DNA of 64,000 nucleotides from Macrostomum hystrix (taxonomy: Eukaryota > Animalia > Platyhelminthes): positions 22,816,001 to 22,880,000 of the forward strand of contig CATNEN010000001.1 of the NCBI GenBank assembly GCA_950097015.1, given 5' to 3'. The position numbers were made by a program, and so were the translations under genes. Below the pieces are notes generated by a model, which worked only from the letters and a program-made list of their open reading frames with translations, did no database searches and was not told where the DNA came from. Position 1 is the stretch's first letter, and every line of letters starts with the position of its first letter. This document shows, in pieces, positions 1 to 11,059 of this stretch.

Positions 1-340
1 GAGAGAGGTAGATAGGGAGAGAGGTAGATAGGGAGAGAGGTAGATAGGGAGAGAGGTAGATAGTGAGAGAGGTAGATAGGGAGAGAGGTAGATAGGGAGA
101 GAGGTAGATAGGGAGAGAGGTAGATAGGGAGAGAGGTAGATAGGGAGCGAGGTAGATAGGGAGAGGTAGATAGGGAGCGAGGTAGATAGGGAGAGGTAGA
201 TAGGGAGCGAGGTAGATAGGGAGAGGTAGATAGGGAGCGAGGTAGATAGGGAGAGGTAGATAGGGAGCGAGGTAGATAGAGAGAGGTAGATAGGGAGCGA
301 GGTAGATAGGGAGAGGTAGATAGGTAGAGAGGTAGATAGG
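1..340. repeat. Purine-rich minisatellite, ~14-16 bp units (GAGAGAGGTAGATAGG), probably intronic in the channel gene
   Basis: Direct tandem repeat visible from the window start. Confidence 0.95.
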
Positions 341-502
341 TTGAGAAGTAGAGTTAGTGCGATGGATAGAAAAGATGGTAGAGTTAAATTTTGTTATTTT
401 TTAATGCGCACACTTTTAAGAACGAAAGCAGTGCAGAGATGATATTTCATGCATTATGGCAATGGCCAGTGTCACTGCCCAATTATCCCGTGCATTCTCC
501 AG

Positions 503-2109
503 GCCATAGACGTGTGGATGTCCACCTGCCTGGTGTTTGTATTCGGCGCCCTGATTGAATACGCCATCGCCAACGTGTTGGCCAGGAGGCACAGCTCCTT
601 GGAGCGATGGGAGAACCTCAGGAGCATTCTCGACACGGGACAGGAGCAGCAGCAGCAGCAGCAGCAACGGACTTTTCGACCAGGAAACGGCGATACTCAG
701 AACTCTCTGCTCAGAGCCCAACTGCAGAACTGCGGTCAGGGCAAGGTTGGCTTTCTGTGTTTTTTGTTTTTCCTTTTGGTAGAATTTTCCAAATTTAAAA
801 AATTTTACCATAGACACAAATCGCTTCCATTGGGCTGAGATTCGAACCCGCGACCTCTCGGCAAGATTCAACAACCCCCAACCGCAGGGGCTACAAACTC
901 CTATGTGCTCTGTAGCTACTAGTGAATCCCTCTTAGAAGTGCCACTATGGTTCAGCTAACGCTTTCTTGCCTAAGCATGTCGGTTTGTTCCGTCTGTTTA
1001 TAAACATATTCATCACAGTGCATCAAAGTTTCAGTCAGGTGGGCATGCGTCAATCTGTCAAAGACAGCGATTCGGAATCTAATCTAAACACCAAGTTGTC
1101 AAAGGCTGTCACCTTTGTTGTCAGAGCTGACGACTGTGCCGTCCAGGTCAATGGGAGAGAGGGTGTGAGAGAATGGGAGGGTGACAATGGGAGAGAGAAT
1201 GGGAGAGTGAGAATGGGAGAAAAAATGGGAGAGAGAGAATGGGAGAGTGAGAATGGGAGAGTGAGAATGGGAGAAAAAATGGGAGAGAGAGAATGGGAGA
1301 GTGAGAATGGGAGAGTGAGAATGGGAGAAAAAATGGGAGAGAGAGAATGGGAGAGTGAGAATGGGAGAGTGAGAATTTGAGAGTGAGAATGGGAGAGTGA
1401 GAATGGGAGAGAGAATGGGAGAGTGAGAATGGGAGAGAGAATGGGAAAGTGATAATGGGAGGTAGAGCGGATGAGAAATATTCATAGAGAAATGAGACAC
1501 ACCTAATGGGCAATACAATAAGAAGACTTTGTACTGGGATTCAATAACGAGTAATGGGATTCAAGGCTGATGAAAATAATCGTTACAATATTTTCTACTA
1601 ACTAGTAGTATAGCAGAGTTAAATGGTGCGAACAATTTGCCCCGTTAACCTTAACAAAACAACGTCAGCCCGCCAGCCGTCCAGAGCACATACCCCTGGC
1701 CTACATAAACCGTGACGTTGATTCTCTAGCGGCTGTTAATCGACCCGGCTGCGATGGTGAGGACTACGATCGACTTCTTCAGCGTTCTACCCAGATTGCT
1801 GCTGCCGCCGCCGAAGCGTCGACTTCGGCTTCTGCGAATTCCGCAGCGATGGGGCTGCGCCAAAGACAGATAGGGTTATTGCAGCAGCAGCAACAGCAGC
1901 AGCAGCTGGCGCAGCAGACTCGATTTCAAGCTTATCATCATCAGCAGCCGCAGGCATCGTCTCCCTACGGCAGTCAAGACGGCTACTTCGAGGATGAAAA
2001 TGTCAGCAGCGCCGAGATGATCGACCGAATCTCCAGGGCCGCCTTTCCTCTCTCCTTTGTGCTGTTTAACCTTGGCTATTGGGTATATTATATCTACATT
2101 GCAGAATGA
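503..2109 (+). CDS. 3' part of a Cys-loop ligand-gated chloride channel subunit (GlyR/GluCl/GABA-A-like). Exons 503-745, ~1039-1146 (less certain), 1669-2109; 5' exons lie outside the window
   Basis: TM3 motif AIDVWMSTCLVFVFGALIEYAIAN follows a cag acceptor at 502. TM4 is IDRISRAAFPLSFVLFNLGYWVYY*. Phase-0 GT/AG junctions are consistent. Confidence 0.88.
828..897 (-). mobile_element. tRNA-derived SINE head (fragment)
   Basis: Minus strand TGTAGCC...GGTT...GGGTTCGAATCTCAG has a B-box and resembles the SINE head at 30874. Confidence 0.55.
1150..1460. repeat. Intronic minisatellite (GAATGGGAGAGTGA-like)
   Basis: Tandem repeat; the overlapping ORFs are repeat artefacts. Confidence 0.9.
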
Positions 2110-4492
2110 TGTATTGATTATGTCAATTACTCCTTTCTCATATAATTGAATTCTCATATGTACTGACGTACGATTACATGTATTGCGTCAATGTCAAAAT
2201 TACGCACCACGTATAGCTTCTTGTAATGATAATACCGCACAATATTCTGGAAGTTGCTTCTCTTCAGCTTTTAATCCTTTCCTTAGCTACTTTGACCTAA
2301 AATCACCTTCCTCTTGCATACAGATTACTGAAAGTTTGTGCATCTCAATTAATATTTTGCACTTCTCTCATCGGTACACAAAGAAAAGACGCACTAGTTT
2401 ACATCCTTTAACCTTATAGCCATACTGCCATGTTCTTTATGTATGAATATTATGTATGCATGTGAATCGTGTATTGTTTTTCAAGTATACATCAGATCAT
2501 AGAACTATCTAAAATTAATTGAAACAAACGAAAATTTCGCGATGCAGTACACTGCTTATTAGGCCTCTTCTAAATTCCCATGTATGAATTTGAGATCGTG
2601 AGCCCGACGTCGACGCCTGAGTAGTCCTGGCGTAAAAAGCAGTCAATCTAAAAGTATGGCGTGTACTTGCTTATCAACTTCCAAAATATATATTTGCCAG
2701 CAAATGTAAAAAAGCTCGAAAAGGCTAATTCTCTTAGTCACAATCGATTACGTGTTTAATACACATACGTAGCTTGTTTTTATTTTCGTGAGCAGTAAAA
2801 CAAGACAAATTTAGACTGACAAAATAATCAATTTTTTACAGCATAAAAACGTGCTAGAGCTTATAACGTAGAAGTTATTAATTTTCTTCTAGTGTAATTG
2901 CTTACATCCAGCTAGTCCAAAGATTGTATATGAATTGCTTTGCAATTGTATATTTTCAAAGAAATAAAGTTCCTACCAAAGGCTCCTGAGTCCTGAGTGA
3001 GTGATTATTTCTTTTCCCCTGTTGCGTTTGCGAGGAGAAGACCCATTTCAATTAGAAGAAACACCATGATGGTCTCTATAAAAATCCCAATAAAATATGA
3101 AGCGGCTTACAAGTTGTTGCAGGGCATCTCTACGGTTTTGTCCGACTATTAACGCTAGTTGCTTCAATGCGGTTGTTATAAAACATATAATATCATTGAA
3201 CCATAGTACCATTTCTAACACATATCTAGTATTATGTTAGGCCTATATATGTCAGATTGTAGCTTCAAATGTAATATTAAGTTGCTAAAATAACCAACAA
3301 TAGCTACAATAGCAAATATTATATTTTAATTCTTTTAAACTTTTCACCAGTTGTTTGAATTCGCCAAACATAATTGTGACCCGTTTTAACTGTTGTTTTC
3401 TGTGTAACAGTGTATTATAGGGCCTTCTGGGTTTTATGCTAGAATTAATTAAACTAAAACTCATGATTTGGGCTCGGCATCCTGTTCATAAGAAGCAGTT
3501 TGGCTGCCTATTCTAGAAATTTAATGTCAATTCTATGAATAGATAATAACATATTCTGAGAACATTTTCTATAAATTCGTAACGTTTTATATTATATTCT
3601 ATTTCTTAATAACAATATCATGGTCATTGCCTAGGTTGGTCTATTATTATTATACTTTAATCTAACAATAATACAATGTATGCTATGTTTTGCTATTAGT
3701 TCAGTTTATTTTCTAAATATATGTCATTATAAGTAAGAAAGAATATATTTTTTGTAGATGCACTATTAATAATGTAGTTGCCTTTTTTGCAGCTAATTGC
3801 AAAAGCAAACTCAAGGCCCATTCACATAGCCATCAAACATATTAATCAATTAGAGATATATATGTAGGCCTACTAAGAAAAAAACTGTCTATAAACATGA
3901 CCTTGTTAGCCAGTGTAAGCAAATAGGTGTACACAAATATAGCTGTTGCCATATTTTGACAAGTTGATGAATTCATTTATATATGGCAGTTGCTAATTGC
4001 TAGCTCTCTATGAAACATTGTCAAAAAGTAAATATACTTAGTTACTACTTGGATAGACATCTGGACACTTTAGACATAGAAATAACAAATATGAGCCAAA
4101 ATTGTTGCCAAAAGTGTCAGCTGTAACACAATGTCAAAGTTTAACCATAGCTATACTTCCATAAACATATTTCCATTGTACATCTGATTGATAGCATAGA
4201 ATTAAAAAAGTTTATCTAAGAAGTTGTTGCTATTATTGACTTACTCTTCAAAAAAGTTAGTTTCATTAGGAAATTTTATTGACAAAATTTTTCAGTCTAG
4301 CTACCTAGCCAATCTCAGATGCAGTGCAATAGAACCAAATTGTTCATTGTTAAAGAAAAAACTATTAGATTAGGACTATGTAAAAATGCTAAAAGTTTGT
4401 ATGTTGACTTATCCACATTTCTTGCATAAAAATCTTTCACCAGCAACAGCAAGTTCAATTTATAAGCCTAATCACAAGACCTGTACAGAGCA

Positions 4493-6773
4493 ATGGGCAA
4501 CAAAGTGTCCCGCTGGATGCGCAACTATGACGCTGAGAGACGCGCCATGAAGCTGCTGTCGCGCACCGACAATGCACCAGCCAGAGCTCCGAGGTTCGAA
4601 TCCGAGCAGCAGCTGCTTCGCCAGATTGCCAAAGATCCCCTACTGGACGAAGCAATCAGTAAGAAGGACGCCAATCTGTTGCAGAATTTGAATCGGGTGA
4701 AGGTCGTCAGCTCCATTGACCCGGCAATGGTGCGCCAGCGGCAGCAGCCGACACAGTCGCACCGACCGCTGCCTCAGAGGCGACACTTTCTGCCTGTCGG
4801 AGAGTTGGGGGTGCCGGAAGTGGCGGCGGAAACTGTGCCACCTGGCAGGCTCACCTTGGTGCAGTTTCAGGTGGGTGCAATTACCTAAAGCACACAAAAG
4901 CAAACCTCTGAGCACACACGCTCGCGCAGGTGTGTAAATCTGTCCTGTCTTTCTGATCTCACTCTCACAGTGCCCTGGAGGTTGGTCCTCATTGGCGTAA
5001 TTTGCACAAGTCCCCAAGCCTTCCATTCGCGGCTGCGTCGCCAAATGAATGTGGGATCGAGCTCAGGGACCTTGGTGCGAGAGGCAATCGCGTTTGACTG
5101 ATCTGCCACTCACCTCCGCTATCGGAGTTTGACTCTGGGGAGGACACTGCATTCCTCATAGCTTTCCGTCACGAAGCTGTCAAAGGGATATCATTATTTG
5201 CTGTGTTTCATATTTGTGTAGGTGTTACGGCCCCTAGTCCATGGACTGAACAGCTGTACACAGTCTCACAAAAAGCCGCGCAATAGTTTCCACTGTCTAC
5301 GTCTACGCATCTACGCATCACCTTTCCCGTCTCCCTGTCTCATCTCTCCCGTGTCTTATCTCTCCCGTGTCTCATCTCTCCCGTGTCTCATCTCTCCCGT
5401 GTCTCATCTCTCCCGTGTCTCATCTCTCCCGTGTCTCATCTCTCCCGTGTCTCATCTCTCCCGTGTCTCATCTCTCCTGTGTCTCATCTCTTCCGTGTCT
5501 CATCTCTCCTGTGTCTCATCTCTCCCGTGTCTCATCTCTCCCGTGTCTCATCTCTCCTGTGTCTCATCTCTCCTGTGTCTCATCTCTCCCGTGTCTCATC
5601 TCTCCTGTGTCTCATCTCTTCCGTGTCTCATCTCTCTCGTGTCTCTTCTCTTCTGTCATCTCTTCCCTGTCTCATCTCTCCTGTGTCTCATCTCTCCTGT
5701 GTCTCATCCCTCCCGTGTCTCATCTCTCCTGTATCTCATCTCTTCCGTGTCTCATCTCTCCTGTGTCTCATCTCTCCTGTCTCATCTCTCCTGTGTCTCA
5801 TCTCTCCTGTGTCTCATCTCTCCTGTGTCTCATCTCTCCCGTGTCTCATCTCTCCTGTGTCTCATCTCTTCCGTGTCTCATCTCTCCTGTGTCTCATCTC
5901 TCCCGTGTCTCATCTCTCCTGTGTCTCATCTCTCCTGTGTCTCATCTCTCCTGTGTCTCATCTCTCCCGTGTCTCATCTCTCCTGTGTCTCATCTCTTCC
6001 GTGTCTCATCTCTCTCGTGTCTCTTCTCTTCTGTCATCTCTTCCCTGTCTCATCTCTCCTGTGTCTCATCTCTCCTGTGTCTCATCCCTCCCGTGTCTCA
6101 TCTCTCCTGTATCTCATCTCTTCCGTGTCTCATCTCTCCTGTGTCTCATCTCTCCTGTCTCATCTCTCCTGTGTCTCATCTCTCCTGTGTCTCATCTCTC
6201 CTGTGTCTCATCCCTCCCGTGTCTCATCTCTCCTGTATCTCATCTCTTCCGTGTCTCATCTCTCCTGTGTCTCATCTCTCCTGTCTCATCTCTCCTGTGT
6301 CTCATCTCTCCTGTGTCTCATCTCTCCTGTGTCTCATCTCTCCCGTGTCTCATCTCTCCTGTGTCTCATCTCTCCCGTGTCTCATCTCTCCTGTGTCTCA
6401 TCTCTCCCGCGTCTCATCTCTTCTGTCATCTCTTCTTTGTCTCAGTGATACTGTGACAAGTCTCTCCCCTATCTCATATTTCTACAGGCAATGCGGCCCG
6501 CAGGTTCTCTCTTTGGCCCGCTAGCTAATAAGTTTGCCGACCCCTGATCTATTAGGTCAGATTTTTAATTAGTATTCCTTTACTTACACCAATTAGGAGC
6601 TGTTAAACACCAAGCAGCCGCAGGGGGCCGGCCTAACGTCGGACATTGTGCACGAACTGCTGGAGTTCTACGCGCCGCTAATACAGCGCACGCCGGAGGA
6701 GCTGAAGCAGCTCGCGAGTGCGGAAGATGCGGCAAACCCGTCAGCTAACCCGAATAAAACTGATTTGAAATAA
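4493..6773 (+). CDS. NDUFAF4: Complex I assembly factor NDUFAF4 homolog; exons 4493-4870 and 6597-6773 (184 aa)
   Basis: MGNKVSRWMRNYDAERRA...APR, KKDANLLQNLNRVKVVS and PPGRLTLVQ match family motifs. CAG|GTGGGT and TTAG|GAG give a phase-0 join to ELLN...LLEFY. Confidence 0.85.
4912..5054 (+). repeat. Copy of a dispersed hairpin-containing repeat family (other copies at 21330, 25443, 27090, 49815)
   Basis: Shares GGTGTGTA...TTTCT...GGAGGTTGG...CGTAA.TTGCAC..CCCCAAGCCTT with the other copies. Confidence 0.7.
5335..6445. repeat. 16-bp satellite (GTGTCTCATCTCTCCY) in the NDUFAF4 intron
   Basis: Tandem array; three overlapping low-complexity ORFs are artefacts. Confidence 0.95.
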
Positions 6774-7169
6774 ATTCGGAAATAGTTATTTGCTAGTATG
6801 AACTCGTGTTCTCTTTGCTTCATTGCTTGATTAACAAAATAAAAGTTCATCATTTGCATTCAGATCTACAGTTTTTTATTATTACTAAAAATGACCCGGA
6901 AACATGCTTTCAATGTTTTGTGTGGTTTCTTTTATTATTTTAACTCGAATTGTTACAAAACAACTTCAAAGACCACATTTAACGCCATTGTTAGGCTTTT
7001 AACATGTTTTGGACGATATTTTAATCGGACTCCAGCTTTTTAATTTCTATTGGTTACGGCCATAGACAATACGACGACTTGCGGTCCACAGAGCGCGGTC
7101 TTTCATTTCCTAGCAGGGGTCTATTTTTAGAAACATTTTTCATCATAGTCTTTGTGAAACTACTGCTGT

Positions 7170-7450
7170 CTTTCATTACCAATATAGAATATTTCATTAC
7201 CAATATAGAATATTTCATTACCAATATAGAATCTTTCATTACCAATATAGAATCTTTCATTACCAATATAGAATCTTTCATTACCAATATAGAATCTTTC
7301 ATTACCAATATAGAATCTTTCATTACCAATATAGAATCTTTCATTAACAATATAGAATGTTTCATTACCAATATAGAATATTTCATTACCAATATAGAAT
7401 CTTTCATTACCAATATAGAATATTTCATTACCAATATAGAATCTTTCATT
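7170..7450. repeat. 21-bp tandem repeat (TTTCATTACCAATATAGAATC), ~13 copies
   Basis: Direct tandem repeat. Confidence 0.95.
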
Positions 7451-7725
7451 GCTCTAAAATTGCTGTGTAAACCTCTATGGCGAACAATATATAATCAATT
7501 CAAAATAGTCAGAAATTATAGCCGACATGGATTATGAGCAGAAGATTAGGCCTCTATTGATCGTTTTTGCTACAAAACACCCCGACTAGAATCTTTGAAT
7601 ATCTTGACGATTTCGATTTTTTCTCCGAGTGACCTCCGAGACACGCTTCATCAAACTAATCGGACGCTAATTTTTAATTTGTCAAGTAAATACTTTTTGT
7701 TTAAAAACACTGGCCCACAGCTTTC

Positions 7726-9300
7726 ATGTCGCTGGAACAACGACTTCGAGCAGCCCTGGAGGCTGGAGATGACGGGGAGCTGCTGGAGCTGTGTGCTCAG
7801 CTGGACAGCAATATCAGTCTGACTGTCCGTGGATATGACGACCAGCAGATGGGCCAACTGTCTCAGTCGGTGGCGCATCACGTGGCCTGCAAGTCCACGA
7901 GTGTGCAATGCCTGCAGCTGCTGATTGACAGATTCGGCTCTGGTTGTCTCACCTGTAAAAACTCCTGGGAGGAAACTCCAGTGCAGAGCGCCGCGGAGCA
8001 TCAGGACGAGTCGTGGATGCGGCTGATTCGGGACACTCTTGGCAAAGACTGCTTCAGGGCTAAGGATTGTTTCGGCAGAACAGCGGCTCATTACGCAGCT
8101 TCGAACACGAAGAGCAACTCGGCCCTGAAGTTTCTTGTAGACGAGTGCGGCAGCGACTGTCTGTTGGTGGCTGACAAGGTTGGCGACACTCCGGTTCACG
8201 CTGCAGCTCAGTACCAGGGCTCCGACTCGATGGAACTCATCGCCAGGCTGATTGGCAAGTCATGCTTCTCGAGGCGGGGCTGTCAGGATCAGACGGCCGC
8301 ACACCGCGCCTGCATGAACTTGACTGGCAGCTCGGCGCTGCAGTGGCTCCTGACAGAGTTCGGCAGCGGCTGCCTGACGGACACAGATCCCAGGAATCCG
8401 CCAAGTCATATCGCGGCAGAGTTCCAGGACGCTGGCACAATGGAACTGATCAAAGGCGAGCTTGGCAGCAAGTGCCTGCTGGAGCTGGACGGATCCAGAC
8501 AGACTGCGGTACACAGAGCTGCCATCAACAAGATCAGCAACTCGGCTTTCCGCTGGCTGCTTTGTGAGTTCGGGCCGGAATGTCTGCTGGCCAAGGATAG
8601 GCACGGCTGCACTCCCATCATGCTGGCCGCCCAGTTTCACAGCTTGGACTCAATGCAGGCTGTCAAAGACTTGCTGCTCAGCCAGTCTCAACTCCACCAG
8701 TTTGACAGCTGCAAGCAGCAGGTCATGGAATTTGCCGCAGTCAACACCGCGGACAACTCCGCTTTCAAGTGGCTCGTGTCGGAGTTCGGTAGCGAATGCC
8801 TGATTGCTCGCAGTAAATGTGGCGACACGCCTGTTCACCTGGCCGCTGAGAGGCAGACCGCCGACTCTCTTCAGTTCGCCTTGGATCAGCTGGCCTCCGA
8901 GCAGATCTTCTGTACCGCGGGTCTCGGCGGCTGTACGGTGAGTCACAAAGCCGCCATGAACCCAGCAGGCGATTCTGCGCTTCTCTGGTGCGTGCGGCGA
9001 CTGGGTCCAGCCTGCCTGCTGGTCGAGGACCTTCAAGGAGCCACAGCCGCTCACTTGGCTGCCAGGCACCAGGCAGTTGGCAGCCTCAGCCTCATCAAGG
9101 ACGTCCTTGGCGCTGGCGTTTTAGATCTGCTGGACAAGAGAGGCTGCGATCTCGAGGACTACATTGGGATGGACATCTACCAGAACAGGAGGTCCGGGAT
9201 GCTGGTCTGGCTGACCCAGACCAGGCAGCAGTTGGACTCCATGGAGGCCGAGGCGAGGCACCAGGAGGAGTGGAAGCTGCAGCAGTTGATGCGGAGCTGA
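7726..9300 (+). CDS. Ankyrin-repeat protein (524 aa, single coding exon); kinase-less paralog of 11060-13899
   Basis: Repeated GDTPVHxAA / RTAAHxAA ankyrin motifs in alternating pairs. N-terminus LEQRLRAALEAGDD...QLDSNISLTVRGYD matches the neighbouring gene. Confidence 0.9.
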   Translation: MSLEQRLRAALEAGDDGELLELCAQLDSNISLTVRGYDDQQMGQLSQSVAHHVACKSTSVQCLQLLIDRFGSGCLTCKNSWEETPVQSAAEHQDESWMRLIRDTLGKDCFRAKDCFGRTAAHYAASNTKSNSALKFLVDECGSDCLLVADKVGDTPVHAAAQYQGSDSMELIARLIGKSCFSRRGCQDQTAAHRACMNLTGSSALQWLLTEFGSGCLTDTDPRNPPSHIAAEFQDAGTMELIKGELGSKCLLELDGSRQTAVHRAAINKISNSAFRWLLCEFGPECLLAKDRHGCTPIMLAAQFHSLDSMQAVKDLLLSQSQLHQFDSCKQQVMEFAAVNTADNSAFKWLVSEFGSECLIARSKCGDTPVHLAAERQTADSLQFALDQLASEQIFCTAGLGGCTVSHKAAMNPAGDSALLWCVRRLGPACLLVEDLQGATAAHLAARHQAVGSLSLIKDVLGAGVLDLLDKRGCDLEDYIGMDIYQNRRSGMLVWLTQTRQQLDSMEAEARHQEEWKLQQLMRS

Positions 9301-11059
9301 CTGTTAGACTAGAGAAAGCTGGCTAGATTTCTGTTTCTTGAGACTTCTTTTTAAAGCCTTTTATTCATATTCGCCTACGCGAAGCTTCAAACTTGCTCTG
9401 CTCTCTAACTTCCTACTTAAGCATCGAGTAGACCAATTAAGCAGGTCGATATAGCCAAATAAATAATTTTTTTTAATTCATGTTTTATGTTAATTTTCAG
9501 AAATTTTGCTGCCACCGGCTTTTCCAAAATGTATTTTGTATTGAAAGACGATGTTTTAATGCACAGTATATAATATTGTTGCGTTGTGGCTTGCTAATAG
9601 TGGCATGCTAAAACGGCCCTTTTTCGGGCCACCGTTATAAATGCTTTACTGTATTATTAGCTTATGAATTTTTTTGCTGGCTACTGCTAGTAGACTAGTT
9701 TGTTCGTGCTGTTTATTTCTAAATATTGCTGTGTACAAATGATGAGACAGCTGCACACAGCCTCTTACAAGTTATGAATATTATGATTATTATTATTAAT
9801 TATACAGGCATCAGAATAGATTAGATCACAAAGCAGTATATTTTTGTGAAGCTACTATAAATTTAAAGTTGGTGAGTCGGTTAAAAACATGCAGCGAATA
9901 AGGTAGTATTTGGTGCAAACCACAATTACAAGGAAACAGAGAAAAGGCCGATTAAACATGTTAAGCAAACAATGAGTAAGTTACAAGCTATAATTGGCGA
10001 GATAATTTATAATTACCCACGATTTAAAAAAATCTGTGAATGATGACTGATTTAGGTCTAAAATGGTGAGCACAGTTCTCAAATTAGATGGCACCTTAAT
10101 CATCAGAATGTCAACACACACACGATCGGTGCGTCGTAGCAGCAGTTAGTCTACAAAACGTTCTATAAAATTGATTTAAAAAATTTGGCAAGTTTAAGTC
10201 CACGATGTACTCGTAAAAACCAAAATTTGGAAATATTCTCACTCGGTCACTCGCATAAGTCACTCAGTCTATTCTACTCTGGCCATGGGTAATTAGATTA
10301 TCAATCGATCAGTCAGTCATCAGTCACTCGGAAATTCATGAGTCAGTCGTTCATCACTCACTAGTCACTTAGTCATCATCACTCGGTGAGGAAGCGGTGC
10401 GGTTCTCGAACAAAGAGAACAAGAACCCGACAATGCTGAGTTGGCTGAGGGTTATTAGGTACAAGACCTACCTTATGATCAGGAGATACTCGGGATTAGA
10501 AGACTTTTGGGATCTACTTATGATCAGGAGATTTTTAGGATCAGAAGTTATTCGGGATAAAATACTTTTGGGATCTACTTATGATCAGGAGATATTCGGG
10601 ATCAGAAGGTATTTGGCATCAGAGGGCACTTCATCCCTTATCTTAGTAACGAAAAAGTTTCGACAGCTGTTTCAATAACAACAAACTAAAATCTCGAATA
10701 TATTTGCATCTAAACATTTGGAAAGGATAAAAATTTGTTAAGACATCAAAATTCTCAGAAGGCATACATCCATGAAGCTACAAAAATGTTTTCATCAGAT
10801 TGTTAGTCTGTAAGAAATACAGGTTTATACCTGTACCGTGAGTATCAAGGGATGAAATGTTCGAATTGAAGCATGTTCATTTTGTGAAATATTAAACAAG
10901 TAACGTTTCAAATATCTATTGAGTGTTACACACTTGTTATTTCTTGAAACCTTAACTATGTCATCGAAAATGTTTTTTAAAATGAACCTGGTTCCTAGTT
11001 CAAAAGCGACTTGGTCATGAGTCGCTCAGGCATCAATCCTTCAGTCAGAAGTTACTCGG

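Noticed and set aside
5222-6524. Long ORFs (357-408 aa) rich in S/L/C/H
   Set aside because: Translations of the 16-bp intronic satellite, open in all three frames.
10379-10400. Short match to the kinase gene 3' end (HRFLTE* on the minus strand)
   Set aside because: Only ~21 nt of similarity with no upstream continuation; too short to call a pseudogene remnant.
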